DNA of 64,000 bases from an uncultured bacterium (GCA_963768305.1 CAVYHE010000010.1:1-64000), one strand, 5' to 3'. Shown: positions 1 through 18,144, counted from the first letter of the stretch. Translations and numbers: made by a program. The notes: a model not told the origin generated them from the sequence alone.

Positions 1-940
1 AAGATCTCCATCATCGAAAATCCCGCAAATTACGGCTTTGCAAAGGCGATCAACCAGGGCATTGCGGCTTCAAAAGGGGAATTCATCCTTGCCCTCAATC
101 TGGATGTCGAACTCGAACCGGATTACATTGAAAAGCTCGTTAAACAATTTGATGACCCTTCTATCGGCTCGGCCACCGGCAAGCTCCTCAGGCCGCCTGA
201 ATATTTCGGCGGGAAAAAGATCATCGATTCCACCGGCCACATACTTCTTGCCAACAGGGGCATCAACAGCAGGGGGGAGCTTGAGGAAGATAACGGCCAG
301 TATGACGGGAAGACCGACATATTCGGCGTTTGCGCGGCGGCGGGAATGTACAGGAAAGGCATGCTTGAGGACGTGAAGGTTGGCGGCGAATATTTTGACG
401 AGGATTATTTTGCGTCTTTCGAGGATACCGACCTGGACTGGCGGGCGGTGCTGAGGGGATGGAGGAGCGTTTTTGTTCCCGTCCGCGGTCGCGTACCATA
501 AAAGGAAGGCTTTCGACTGGAATTATACCGATGAGATGATCTCAAATTCCAGGCGCAATAAATTCCTTAACGCCGTGAAAAATGATTATTTGATAAATTA
601 TCTTATCGACTTCCCGGTTATCTTCGCTTACGAGATGGAAAATATACTTTACAAGCATTACAAGAATTATAAGTTGTTCTTTCTGAGCTACTATAAGATG
701 GCGAAAGCGCTTCCGAAGGCGTTCAAGAAAAGGCTTATTGTTCCGGGAGCGGAGGAAAATACCGCCGCTCGCGTTCAGGAAATATCATTGATTATGAACC
801 GGACGATCACAGGAAAGTTCTGGAGCTGCTGTTCGTTATTGCATGTATCATCATCCTGGCGCATTTCATCGGAGCCGGAAGGACATTCCTTCTGTGGGTC
901 TTCATTTTCTTTGTATTTAATCCGGCGGTTTATTATATGA
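1..940 (+). CDS. Glycosyltransferase family 2 protein (5'-truncated by the window, frameshift near 475, 3' end uncertain)
   Basis: Frame 1 from base 1 reads NPANYGFAKAINQG...ILALNLDVELEPDY...FDEDYFASFEDTDLDWR and continues PSAVAYH in ORF 473..940; these are typical GT2 motifs. Confidence 0.8.
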
Positions 941-967
941 GGGGGCAAAAAGACAAAGAAGAGGAAA

Positions 968-1140
968 GTTAAATCCAAGATACAAAACCCGAGCTCCAAG
1001 AAGAAATCAGAATCATCTAAATTAAAATTGTTTTCATCAAGAGGGATTTAATAGTTAAATTTTGATAAACGTACGGAGATGTTTTGGATTTTGAATTTTG
1101 AGATTCATTTGGTTTTTTATATTCGGATTTTGGGTTTATA
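968..1140. repeat. Degenerate heptamer-rich imperfect inverted repeat between convergent genes
   Basis: Left arm is A/C-rich (AAATCCAAGATACAAAACCC...), right arm is T/G-rich (TTTTGGATTTTGAATTTTGAG...CGGATTTTGGGTTT) with about 7-nt periodicity; the arms are loosely complementary. Confidence 0.5.
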
Positions 1141-1878
1141 ATTGTTTATTTTCCTCTGTAAATACCACTTTTTTAACATATTTCTTCGCTATATCCATCA
1201 TTTCGGTAACGGTCTCCAGATCGACCGGCTTCAGTTTTTTGAGCTCAATATCCTCGCAATTCTCGGGCTCGAACTGCTGAAGCGCGTATTTCTTGGCTCC
1301 CGCTATCAGAAGCGACGCATCCGCTATCTCTTCCAGGCCGAATATTGTCGGCACAATGGTGGTCCTGAACTCGTAATCCGTTTCTCCCGAAAGCAGGAAA
1401 GCGATGCTTTCTTTTATCTTCATGATATCCACTTTCACATTCGACGCTTTGTTATAAGCTTCAAGCGGAGCTTTTATGTCCATTGCGACATAATCGATCA
1501 GTTTCTGACGGACAAGGTCTTTCAGATAGGCGGGATCGGCGCCGTTCGTGTCCAGCTTTACCAGAAATCCTTTCTCCTTTATCTTCTCTATGAATTCGGT
1601 AAGGCCTTTCGTTTTGATGAAGAGTGGGCTCGCCGCCCGTTATGCAGACGCCGTCTATGAAATCCTTGTGGCTTTCAAGATATTCAAAGACCTTTTCTTC
1701 GGGAATGGACTTGTATTTTTCGGGACGGTGGACCAGGCCTATGTTATGGCAGAAAGGGCAGCGGAAGTTGCAGCCGGGCAAGGAAAACCACGCAGACTAT
1801 CTTTCCGTCCCAGTCGATGAGGGAAGTCTCCAGGAATCCTTTGATATCCAGAGGTGAAATGTGTTTGCCGGGTTTCAT
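1136..1878 (-). CDS. nrdG: Anaerobic ribonucleotide reductase activating protein-like radical SAM enzyme (NrdG2 type), frameshifted
   Basis: Joined frames read MKPGKHISPLDIKGFLETSLIDWDGK...GCNFRCPFCHN...DGVCITGGEPTL...MDIKAP...YEFRTTIVP...YALQQF; CxxxCxxC is intact. Confidence 0.8.
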
Positions 1879-1883
1879 GTGGG

Positions 1884-2213
1884 TTACAGGCGGAATTTGA
1901 TCTTTTCTGAAAGGTTTCTCTGGGAGATGAATCCGACCTGGCGTTCCACTTCCTTGCCGCCCTTGAAGAATATCATCGTTGGGATGCTCATTACGGCGTA
2001 CTTCGCGCTGTTAACGGGGTTTTCGTCCACATTCAGCTTAACGACTTTCGCTTTTCCGGCCCATTCGGCGGCTACCGCGTCGATGATAGGGGACATTGTG
2101 CGGCAGGGGGCGCACCAGGACGCCCAGAAGTCCACGAGGACGAGGGATGAAGCTTTCAGTACTTCTTCTTCGAAATTCGAATCATTGATCTCCGGCGCTT
2201 TGCTCATATTCAT
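1884..2213 (-). CDS. trxA: Thioredoxin
   Basis: LVDFWASWCAPCR active site, SIPT motif, GGAGG SD upstream. Confidence 0.95.
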   Translation of the reverse strand: MNMSKAPEINDSNFEEEVLKASSLVLVDFWASWCAPCRTMSPIIDAVAAEWAGKAKVVKLNVDENPVNSAKYAVMSIPTMIFFKGGKEVERQVGFISQRNLSEKIKFRL

Positions 2214-2240
2214 CAGCCTCCTTTCGTTTCAAGGGGCTTG

Positions 2241-2269
2241 ATTTTACTAGAAGAAAGGAGGGATTACAA
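2241..2269 (-). promoter_or_regulatory. Sigma-70 promoter for trxA-nrdG
   Basis: Minus strand TTGTAA-N17-TAAAAT. Confidence 0.6.
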
Positions 2270-2307
2270 GGGGCACAAATTTTCATCTGTTCCTTTTTGC
2301 GGATTTT

Positions 2308-2316
2308 TGTTATAAT
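2308..2316 (+). promoter_or_regulatory. Extended -10 promoter for rimI-metE
   Basis: TGtTATAAT ends 11 nt before the GTG start; no SD in between. Confidence 0.55.
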
Positions 2317-2327
2317 CATCCAGTTTT

Positions 2328-2774
2328 GTGATCAGAAAAGCGAAGAGCTCGGATATTCCTGAAGTTGTTAAGATCGAGACGGCCTCTTTTGCCCATCCGT
2401 GGGAAGAAAGCCTCTTCATCGATGCCCTGTCAGCGGACGGAAAATATTTCTTCGTTTATGGATCTGATAATAAGCCGGTCGCCTACATTATATTCGAGAC
2501 CGTGCTCGACGAGGGCCACATAACCGACCTGGCCGTCGATGAAAAATACCGGAACAAGGGCATCGGCAAAGAACTGATCGAAAAAACACTGGAACTGGCC
2601 AAAGAATTGAAGATCAGCTCGATTTTCCTGGAAGTGAGGGAATCGAACGAAGCCGCCAAGAAGCTTTACCGGAAACTGGGCTTCAAACTGCTGGGAAAGC
2701 GAAAAGGGTACTATCCGAAGAATGAGGACGCGCTTACATATATATACAGGAGTAAGGGAAAGTGTAAGAGTTAA
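2328..2774 (+). CDS. rimI: Ribosomal-protein alanine N-acetyltransferase (GNAT)
   Basis: HITDLAVDEKYRNKGIG, FLEVRESNEAAKKLY, RKGYY...EDA motifs. Confidence 0.9.
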   Translation: MIRKAKSSDIPEVVKIETASFAHPWEESLFIDALSADGKYFFVYGSDNKPVAYIIFETVLDEGHITDLAVDEKYRNKGIGKELIEKTLELAKELKISSIFLEVRESNEAAKKLYRKLGFKLLGKRKGYYPKNEDALTYIYRSKGKCKS

Positions 2775-2795
2775 GGGTTAAGAGGAGGAGTAAAA

Positions 2796-5045
2796 ATGAA
2801 GGTAATAGCATCAAATATAGGGTATCCGTCGATAGGGGAGAAAAGGGAGCTGAAATTCCTTATCGAATCATTCTGGAAAGGGGAGAAGAGCCGCGAAGAG
2901 TTCGAGAACGGCATCAATTCCGTCCTTTCTGAAAATCTCCGCAGGCAAAGCGCGCTGGATTCGGTGCCTCTCGGAGAATTCACTCTGTACGACCGCATGC
3001 TGGACCTTACCGTCCTTTTCAACCTGATCCCGAAAAGGTTCGAGAACACCGGCGACGAAACAAAACTTTACTTCGACATGGCCCGCGGAAAAGGCGCCAT
3101 GGAAATGACAAAATGGTTCAACACGAATTACCATTACCTCGTTCCCGGAACTTTCGGATGATATGACCCCGCGCGTCAACACAACGAACAATAAGTACAT
3201 TAATATGTTAAGGGCCCATAAAAAAGATCACTCCAGGATCACTCTGATAGGCCCGTATACTTTCGTGAAACTTTCCAAAGGATACAAGGATTTCTCGAAA
3301 TGGTTCGACGCGCTTTCCGGACTCTATGTTGACCTGATAAAAAGCCTCTGCAAAGAAGGCGTCAAATATGTCCATATAGAAGAACCGGCGCTCGTCCTGG
3401 ATATCCCGAGATCCGATATTGAATATCTGCGATTGTTCCTTTCAAAGCTCAAGGGCTGCGGAGCCAAGATAATGCTTACCACATACTTCGATTCCCTTAC
3501 ATATTATAAGGAGACCGTAGCCCTTCCCGTTGACGCTGTCGGCATGGACTTTGTAAGCAATACGAAGAACCTCGCGAATATCAGGAAGTTCGGCTTTCCG
3601 AAAGACAAGGTCCTTTGCGCCGGCATCATCAACGGCAGGAACATCTGGATATCGGACCTTAAGGAAAAGATCGGCCTGTGCAAAACTATCATTAACAGGA
3701 TCAAGCCCGAAGAATTGATTATTTCCGCGTCCTGCAGCCTTCAGCATGTTCCTGTCACGGCGAAATACGAAACGGAGCTTCCGAAGGTGTTAAGGGACAA
3801 CCTCGCTTTCGCCGATGAAAAGCTCGGCGAGCTTTTGATAATAAAGAAAGCTCTCGCCGACGGCGTCGATTCCGTGAAGGCGGAACTGGCATCCAACAGG
3901 AAAAAGCTGAACGAAAAGAAGACTTCAGAAGAATGCAACCTGAAGGACGTGAAAGCAAGATTGAAGAAATTGAAAGTATCCGATTTCAAGAGAAAGACAG
4001 CATTCGCTCTGAGGAAAAAGATGCAGCAGAAAGCGTTGAACCTGCCGCTCCTTCCCGACAACTACCATCGGCAGTTTCCCGCAGACGGATGAAGTAAGGC
4101 ACATGCGCACGGAGTTCAGGAAAGGCCAGATCTCGGCAAAGGAATACAAGAAGTTCATAAATGAAAAGATCATCGAACTTGTGAGGCTGCAGGAAAAGAT
4201 CGGCCTCGACGTCCTTGTTCACGGCGAGTTCGAGAGAACGGATATGGTGGAATTCTTCGGCGAGAAGCTCTCCGGGTTCGTCACGTCCCAGAACGGCTGG
4301 GTCGCTTCGTACGGCACAAGGTGCGTAAAACCTCCCATCATCTGGGCCGACGTGAAAAGAATGAGCCCCATGACAATAGAAGAGATCGTTTTCGCGCAGT
4401 CGCAGACCGGACATTTAATGAAAGGGATGCTTACCGGCCCGATGACGATAATGAACTGGTCGTTCATCAGGGATGACATCCCGAAAAAAACGATCGCATA
4501 TCAGATAGCCCTGGCCCTGTGCGACGAAGTTGTGGACCTGGAAAAGAAGGGGATAAAAGTGATCCAGATAGATGAACCCGCTCTGCAGGAAGGAAATCCT
4601 TTAAAGCTCGCGGACAGGAAAAGTTATTATGATTTCGGAGTGAAAGCGTTCAGGCTTTCATCTTCCGGTGTCAAGGACAGGACCCAGATCCACACGCACA
4701 TGTGCTATTCCAATTTCAATGAAATAATCAGGATACATCGACGCGCTTGATGCGGATGTCATCTCCATAGAGAACTCACGGAGCAAAGGCGAGCTGCTGG
4801 AAGTCTTCAAGAAGTATAAATATAAAAAGGGAATAGGCCCGGGCGTTTATGATATTCACAGCCCGGCTGTCCCCACAAAGGAAGATATCATCTCTCTGAT
4901 AAACAAGAGCCTTGAGAACCTTGAACCCGACCAATTGTGGATCAATCCCGACTGCGGGCTTAAGACAAGAGGATACAAGGAAACCATCCCGGCGCTGGAA
5001 AACATGGTGAGCGCGGCCAGGACGGTAAGGGCGCGATTAACTTGA
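2796..5045 (+). CDS. metE: Cobalamin-independent methionine synthase, broken by about 3 frameshifts
   Basis: [57 protein letters not shown] and [11 protein letters not shown] lie in successive frames; TGA at 5043-5045. Confidence 0.93.
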
Positions 5046-6811
5046 AACTTTCGCCTTACTTCAAGCACTGCCCTAAGAGCGGCAGGATCGTCGGCATTCG
5101 CCGGCCTCAAAAGGCATGGCTTATCCCGATCGTCGGAATACTTGCGCTTGCCTGGTTCCTTTTCCGCGTTCTGCCTAAGCCGTCGCGCGCGGCCTACCCA
5201 TGTCAACGTATCGCCGCGACGCTGGCATCTGCATCCTTGGCGTGGTTGGCGGGGACCGGCTTGTCGGTATTTACGTTCCGCAAAATGCGTGAAATGGCCG
5301 GCCGTTCGCGGTATATCATGGCGGCATGCTTTGCGGCGATCGGGTTCATCGCTGTTTGTGCGGTGGCGATCGATACAGCGGCGCCTTCTTCCGCGCAGGC
5401 ATCATTTGCATTGCCTCCCATAAAAGCCCCGATCGGGGTCGCCAAAGGAACATTCCCGGGCCGAGTTGTGTGGGCGTACGATCCCGCGGCCACCGATCCG
5501 AAATGCACCGATGTGTATCCCGATCTTTACTATTTGGACAAAAATACGGATGAGACTGTCGTCGAGCGGATGTTCACAAGGTCCATCGAAAAACTTACCG
5601 GTACCAACTCGGTATCGGCGGCATGGAAAGAGATATTCAGGTATTACAATTCAACAAAACGCGGCCTTCCCGGCAAAGGATATACCGCCGGCGAAAAGAT
5701 CTTTATCAAGCTCAATCTGTGCGGCGGCTTTGGCATGAAGGATAGATCGCGGGGCTACGAAAAAAAGCTTTACGGTTTCATGGGGGGGTCCCCGGACTTT
5801 CGCGGCATGCCCGATGTCTCGCCGCAGCTTATACGCGTGATTCTCAGGCAGCTCACGGTAAATGCCGGCATTGAGCAGCGGAACATTTATATCGGGGATC
5901 CAAGCCAAAAATGGTATAACCAGATCTATGATATGATCCAGCCGCAATTCCCAAAAGTTCATTATGTGGACCTGTGGGGCATTCCCGGCTCCGGCCGCGA
6001 AGCCGTTATTCCTACGACACGACCGGTGATCTTTTATGCGGATCATTTCCCCGGAAAGGGAAAAGGAAAGGGAAGGCAGGAACCCGCGGTGAGCGACTCT
6101 CTGCCGCAACAGATCGTCGACGCTACATATTTGATCAATGTCGCCGTGCTCAAGGCGCATGAAAGCGCGGGTATCTCCCTGTGCGCAAAGAACCATTTCG
6201 GCTCCACATGCCGCCATACTGTTCAAGATCCCGAGAACTACAGCGCATATGCTTTTCACCACTCTCACCCGGAGTCATGGAACTCACCCGGCTATAACCG
6301 CTATCGCAATCTGGTGGACTTTATGGGGCACAAGGACCTGGGCGGAAAGACCGTTCTTAGCATTATCGACGGTTTATGGGGCTGTTATATCTCCACCCCG
6401 CACCGCGCCGAAAAATGGAGATCACAGCCTTTCAATAATGATTATCCTTCAAGCCTTTTCATGTCGCAGGATATTGTCGCGATCGAGGCCGTTGGTTTTG
6501 ATTTCCTGCGCACCGAATATTCGGAGGCGAACGGTTATAAAGCCGACCACCGGCACCCAAATGATCTCGACGGCGTTGACGATTATCTTTTCCAGGCGGC
6601 GAGCAGCACCTATTGGCCCACCACGGACGCTCTCGGCGCTCCTTTCAAAGGCTATGATCCGGAAAACGACGGTTCGGTCATCAAGAGCCTTGGTGTGTAT
6701 GAACGTTGGGACAATGCGACAGATAAGAATTATACGAAAAACATAGATCCCTCTTCGCCCAACGGGATCGAACTGGTCAAACTCCTTCCGCAGGGCCAAA
6801 ATGCAAAATAA
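5042..6811 (+). CDS. DUF362-domain protein with N-terminal membrane segments
   Basis: [19 protein letters not shown], GxAKGxFPGRVVW, KIFIKLN and [21 protein letters not shown] motifs; TTG start overlaps the metE stop. Confidence 0.75.
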   Translation: MKLSPYFKHCPKSGRIVGIRRPQKAWLIPIVGILALAWFLFRVLPKPSRAAYPCQRIAATLASASLAWLAGTGLSVFTFRKMREMAGRSRYIMAACFAAIGFIAVCAVAIDTAAPSSAQASFALPPIKAPIGVAKGTFPGRVVWAYDPAATDPKCTDVYPDLYYLDKNTDETVVERMFTRSIEKLTGTNSVSAAWKEIFRYYNSTKRGLPGKGYTAGEKIFIKLNLCGGFGMKDRSRGYEKKLYGFMGGSPDFRGMPDVSPQLIRVILRQLTVNAGIEQRNIYIGDPSQKWYNQIYDMIQPQFPKVHYVDLWGIPGSGREAVIPTTRPVIFYADHFPGKGKGKGRQEPAVSDSLPQQIVDATYLINVAVLKAHESAGISLCAKNHFGSTCRHTVQDPENYSAYAFHHSHPESWNSPGYNRYRNLVDFMGHKDLGGKTVLSIIDGLWGCYISTPHRAEKWRSQPFNNDYPSSLFMSQDIVAIEAVGFDFLRTEYSEANGYKADHRHPNDLDGVDDYLFQAASSTYWPTTDALGAPFKGYDPENDGSVIKSLGVYERWDNATDKNYTKNIDPSSPNGIELVKLLPQGQNAK

Positions 6812-6814
6812 TGC

Positions 6815-6843
6815 TTGACAAGAATCTGCGGTTATCGTAAAAT
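6815..6843 (+). promoter_or_regulatory. Near-consensus sigma-70 promoter heading the ribosomal superoperon
   Basis: TTGACA (6815-6820)-N17-TAAAAT (6838-6843). Confidence 0.8.
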
Positions 6844-6859
6844 TACCCTTTGTTCGGCT

Positions 6860-6908
6860 AAAAATCCCTTTTATTTTTTTCCGCCAAAAACGGAAAGAGG
6901 GGTTTTTT
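6860..6908 (+). terminator. Hairpin ending in a T-tract (terminator/attenuator-like)
   Basis: Inner stem TTTCCG/CGGAAA; AAAAATCCCTTTT can pair with AAGAGGGGTTTTT; ends in T6. Confidence 0.5.
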
Positions 6909-6960
6909 CGTCCTTTCGCGGATTTTATATATAATTATGTAATGGAGCTGTAAGGAAGCA

Positions 6961-7110
6961 ATGCAGGAAATCATAACGATAGCGTGCACGGTTTGCAAAA
7001 GAAAAAATTACACTTCGACGAAGAATAAAAAAACGACGCCGGAGAGGCTGGAACTTAAAAAATTCTGCAAATGGTGCAAGAAGCATACGCCGCATAAGGA
7101 GGAAAAGTGA
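6961..7110 (+). CDS. rpmG: 50S ribosomal protein L33 (zinc-ribbon form; not in the ORF track)
   Basis: Translated by hand: [49 protein letters not shown]. Confidence 0.97.
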   Translation: MQEIITIACTVCKRKNYTSTKNKKTTPERLELKKFCKWCKKHTPHKEEK

Positions 7111-7127
7111 TCTCAGTGCCGGATCTT

Positions 7128-7201
7128 GGGCGAGTAGCTCAATTGGCTAGAGCACTGGTCTCCAAAACCAGCGGTTGGGGGTTCAAGTCCCTCCTCGCCT
7201 G
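7128..7201 (+). tRNA. trnW: tRNA-Trp (CCA); 3' CCA end not encoded
   Basis: GGGCGAG/CTCGCCT acceptor stem, TAGCTCAATTGG D-arm, CTGGT-CTCCAAA-ACCAG anticodon arm, GGGGG-TTCAAGT-CCCTC T-arm; usual position between rpmG and secE. Confidence 0.96.
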
Positions 7202-7214
7202 CAGTTTGTGATCT

Positions 7215-7427
7215 ATGAAATTTAACGAAGTTAAAGAAATTATCGTCAACTATTTGAAGGAGATAAAAAGTGAGTCAAAGAAAGTCGTTTGGCCCGGGCA
7301 GAATTATGTCGTGGCCGCCACTATCATCGTTTTTGTCATTGTTTTCCTGGTGGCGGTGTTTATTATGTTCGTTGACTACGGCTTCGCGAAATTCTTCGCT
7401 TATTTCAGCAAGGCAGGTCTTCACTGA
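7215..7427 (+). CDS. secE: Preprotein translocase subunit SecE
   Basis: ESKKVVWP motif, one TM helix, synteny. Confidence 0.95.
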   Translation: MKFNEVKEIIVNYLKEIKSESKKVVWPGQNYVVAATIIVFVIVFLVAVFIMFVDYGFAKFFAYFSKAGLH

Positions 7428-8158
7428 TGTCTGAAGAGTTCCTCCCTGGGAAGAAAGAAGAAGAACTTAATGCCATGGAGCAGGCCGTCACTACGCCTGC
7501 CCAGAAGAATGAACCTGCAGAAGTTCCGGCGGAGATAAAGGAAGAAAGTCCCGTTGAAGCTCCGGCAGAAGTTGCGGCTGAAAAAGTTGAAGAGACGGAA
7601 CATCAGCCGGAAATACCGCCGGCTCCGGTAGAGGAAAGACGATGGTATGTCATCCAGACCTTGACCGGGAACGAAGAGCTGGTGAAGACGAGCATTGAAC
7701 GCAGCGTGAAGCAGTTCAATATCGAAGATAAGGTCTTCAATGTCCTGGTCCCGGAAGAGGACATCGTGGAGATAAAGTCCGGGAAGCGCGTTGAAAGAAA
7801 GAAAAAGATGTTCCCGGGCTACGTTTTCGTGGAAATGATGCTGAACGAGAACTCATGGCACGTGATAAAGCAGACCCCGGGAGTGGCCAAGTTCATAGGC
7901 AACAAGACGCGGCCCATTCCCGTGACGGACAGGGAAATGCAGAGAGTGCTTAAGCAGCTGGGCGTCAGGGAAGAAAAGATAGACGTTTATTTTGAAAAAG
8001 GCGAAGCGATGAGGATAATAAGCGGGCCGTTCAGGGGTTACACCGGTTCTGTGGAAGAGATAAATCCCCAGAAAGGCAAAATAAAAGCGCTCGTCAATAT
8101 TTTCGGAAGGGACACGCCGGTCGAGATAGATTTTGAACAGGCGGAAAAGATAACTTAA
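7427..8158 (+). CDS. nusG: Transcription factor NusG with acidic N-terminal extension
   Basis: [39 protein letters not shown]. Confidence 0.97.
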   Translation: MSEEFLPGKKEEELNAMEQAVTTPAQKNEPAEVPAEIKEESPVEAPAEVAAEKVEETEHQPEIPPAPVEERRWYVIQTLTGNEELVKTSIERSVKQFNIEDKVFNVLVPEEDIVEIKSGKRVERKKKMFPGYVFVEMMLNENSWHVIKQTPGVAKFIGNKTRPIPVTDREMQRVLKQLGVREEKIDVYFEKGEAMRIISGPFRGYTGSVEEINPQKGKIKALVNIFGRDTPVEIDFEQAEKIT

Positions 8159-8159
8159 C

Positions 8160-8582
8160 ATGGCGAAAAAACTTAAAACTATCATTAAATTGCAGATCCC
8201 GGCGGGAAAAGCCAATCCGGCTCCTCCCATAGGCCCGGCCCTCGGGCAGCACGGTATAAATATCATGGAATTCTGCAAACAGTATAACGCGCAGACGCAG
8301 GATAAAGGCGATACCGTCATCCCGGTCGAAATATCTATCTATGAGGACAGGACCTTTACTTTCATCCTGAAGACGCCTCCGGCGGCTGTTCTGATAAAAA
8401 AAGCGGCGGGCGTTGAAAAGGGCTCCGGCGAGCCGAACAGGACGAAAGTCGGCAGCATTACCAAGGCGAAGGTCAGGGAGATCGCGGAAATGAAAATGCC
8501 GGACCTGAACGCGAACACCGTTGAAGCGGCGATGAAAATAATAGAGGGCACAGCCCGGAACATGGGGATAACAGTTAAATAA
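8160..8582 (+). CDS. rplK: 50S ribosomal protein L11
   Basis: [23 protein letters not shown]. Confidence 0.98.
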   Translation: MAKKLKTIIKLQIPAGKANPAPPIGPALGQHGINIMEFCKQYNAQTQDKGDTVIPVEISIYEDRTFTFILKTPPAAVLIKKAAGVEKGSGEPNRTKVGSITKAKVREIAEMKMPDLNANTVEAAMKIIEGTARNMGITVK

Positions 8583-8584
8583 AA

Positions 8585-8619
8585 AGTTAAGAGTTATAAG
8601 TTAAAAGTTATGAGTAAAA
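8585..8619 (+). repeat. Five degenerate tandem heptamers in the rplK-rplA spacer
   Basis: AGTTAAG AGTTATA AGTTAAA AGTTATG AGTAAAA. Confidence 0.8.
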
Positions 8620-8635
8620 AGGCAAACATAAAAAC

Positions 8636-9337
8636 ATGACACACGGTAAAAAATATCTGGAAAAAGCGAAACTTATCGAAGCCGGAAAGAAATATCTTCC
8701 GGATGCGGCGGTTTCATTGGTCAAGCAAACGTCGATCACAAAGTTCGACGGCACCGTGGACCTTATCGATCAAACTTGATATAGACCATAAGCGCAGCGA
8801 CCAGCAGGTCGAGAGGAACGGTTACTTTCCCGGCGGCTCGGGCAGAAAAACCAGAGTGGTCGTTATCGCAAAAGGCGACAAAGTGAAGGAAGCGGAAACA
8901 GCGGGCGCTGATCTTGCCGGCAGCGACGACCTCATTGAAAAGATCAGCAAAGGCTGGACGGAATTTGACGTTGCCATCGCCACCCCGGACATAATGGCCC
9001 GGTCGGAAAACTGGGAAAGGTTCTTGGGCAAAAAGGCCTTATGCCGAATCCAAAGACCGGGACCGTTACATTTGAAGTGGGAAAAGCGGTGAAAGAGTTC
9101 AAGGCGGGGAAAGTGGAATACAAAACGGACAAGACCGGCGTGATACACGTCCCCATCGGCAAGATATCTTTCGGCGATGACAAGATAAAGTCAAATCTTG
9201 TCGCCGTGATAGATACCGTCAATAAAGCAAAACCGTCCAGCGTAAAAGGTGTTTTCATAAAGAGCGCGGTCATATCGGCGACGATGGGACCGGCGGTGAA
9301 AGTGGACATAAGCAAAGTTTTGGAGAGCAACGACTAA
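8636..9337 (+). CDS. rplA: 50S ribosomal protein L1 (frameshifted)
   Basis: HGKKY...[22 protein letters not shown] and [10 protein letters not shown]...SATMGP lie across frames. Confidence 0.95.
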
Positions 9338-9338
9338 A

Positions 9339-9857
9339 ATGCAGAAAGAACTTAAAAAAGCATCGGTAAAAACCATTAAAGAGAAATTCGACAAGAGCAC
9401 CGTTGTCATCCTTACGGATTACAAAGGACTTACCATGGCGCAGATGACAAAGCTCAGGAAAAAGCTCAGGCCCATCGACGCGGAATTCAAGGTGTTCAAG
9501 AACACGCTCATTTCGCGCGCGATAAAAGACAAGTCTTATGACGGGATCGATCCGCTCCTGGCAGGCACTACCGCGATAGTTTTCGGGTACAAGGACCAGG
9601 TGGCTCCGACAAAGGTCCTTTCCGATTTCATTAAAGAGAACGAAAAACTTTCGGTAAAAGGCGGGTTGCTTGAAGGTAAGTTGATAGACACCAGAACGGT
9701 GACAGCGCTTTCGAAGCTTCCTTCCCGTGAAGTTCTGCTCGCCAAGGTCATGGGGACAATGAAAGCTCCGGTCACGAATTTCGTTCTTGATTGCAAAGGC
9801 ATAATCAATAAGTTCGTTTACGCATTAAGTGCGATCAGAGATAAAAAAGGCAGTTAG
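9339..9857 (+). CDS. rplJ: 50S ribosomal protein L10
   Basis: DYKGLT, KVFKNTL, LSKLPSREVLLA. Confidence 0.97.
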   Translation: MQKELKKASVKTIKEKFDKSTVVILTDYKGLTMAQMTKLRKKLRPIDAEFKVFKNTLISRAIKDKSYDGIDPLLAGTTAIVFGYKDQVAPTKVLSDFIKENEKLSVKGGLLEGKLIDTRTVTALSKLPSREVLLAKVMGTMKAPVTNFVLDCKGIINKFVYALSAIRDKKGS

Positions 9858-9870
9858 TTTTTTAATTTGT

Positions 9871-9898
9871 TCATTGGTAATTGTGAATTGTTAATTGA
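9871..9898 (+). repeat. Four degenerate tandem heptamers in the rplJ-rplL spacer
   Basis: TCATTGG TAATTGT GAATTGT TAATTGA. Confidence 0.7.
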
Positions 9899-9918
9899 TT
9901 GAGAAGGGGGTGAATGTA

Positions 9919-10286
9919 ATGGGAAAAATGGAAGATGTTATTGCGACAGTTGAAGGGATGACGGTACTGGAACTCTCCGACCTGGTGAAGAAGATGGAGG
10001 AGAAGTTCGGAGTATCCGCAGTGGCGGCCGTAGCGGCACCTGCCGCGGGCGGAGCAGGCGGAGAAGCGGCAGCCGTTCAGGATGAGTTCGATGTGGTCCT
10101 GACCTCTGCGGGCGACAAGAAGATACAGGTACTTAAAGTTGTCAGGGATATCACCGGTTTCGGGCTCAAGGAAGCGAAAGACCTGGTGGATAACACGCCG
10201 AAACCTGTGAAAACAAAGGTAAAGAAAGCCGAAGCTGAAGAAATGAAGAAGAAGATAGAAGCGGAAGGCGGTAAAGCGGAGATAAA

Positions 10287-10290
<4 letters not shown>
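9919..10290 (+). CDS. rplL: 50S ribosomal protein L7/L12
   Basis: [42 protein letters not shown] at 9919 follows the GGGGGTGA SD. Confidence 0.97.
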
Positions 10291-17737
<7,447 letters not shown>

Positions 17738-17742
17738 ATCCG

Positions 17743-18134
17743 ATGCCTACCATCAATCAGCTTATAAAAAGCGGAAGAAGGAATAAATCTTTTAAGAGCA
17801 AGGCGCCGGCTTTAGGCGGAAATCCGTTCAAAAGAGGGGTTTGCCTCAGGGTCTACACGACAACGCCGAAAAAACCGAATTCGGCATTGAGAAAAGTCGC
17901 GAGGGTCCGTCTTACCAACGGCATGGAAATCAGCGCTTATATTCCGGGAGTCGGCCACAACCTTCAGGAACACTCGGTCGTTTTGGTCCGCGGAGGAAGG
18001 GTGAAAGACCTTCCGGGCGTCAGATATCACATAGTAAGAGGGACTTTTGACACAGGCGGGGTGGAGAACCGCAGGCAGGGCCGCTCCAGGTACGGGGCGA
18101 AAAAGCCGAAAGCGCGCCGTCAAAGGCGGCTTAA
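17743..18134 (+). CDS. rpsL: 30S ribosomal protein S12
   Basis: [34 protein letters not shown]; the likely stop TAA 18132-18134 is out of frame by one base. Confidence 0.96.
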
Positions 18135-18144
18135 GGGAGAAAAA

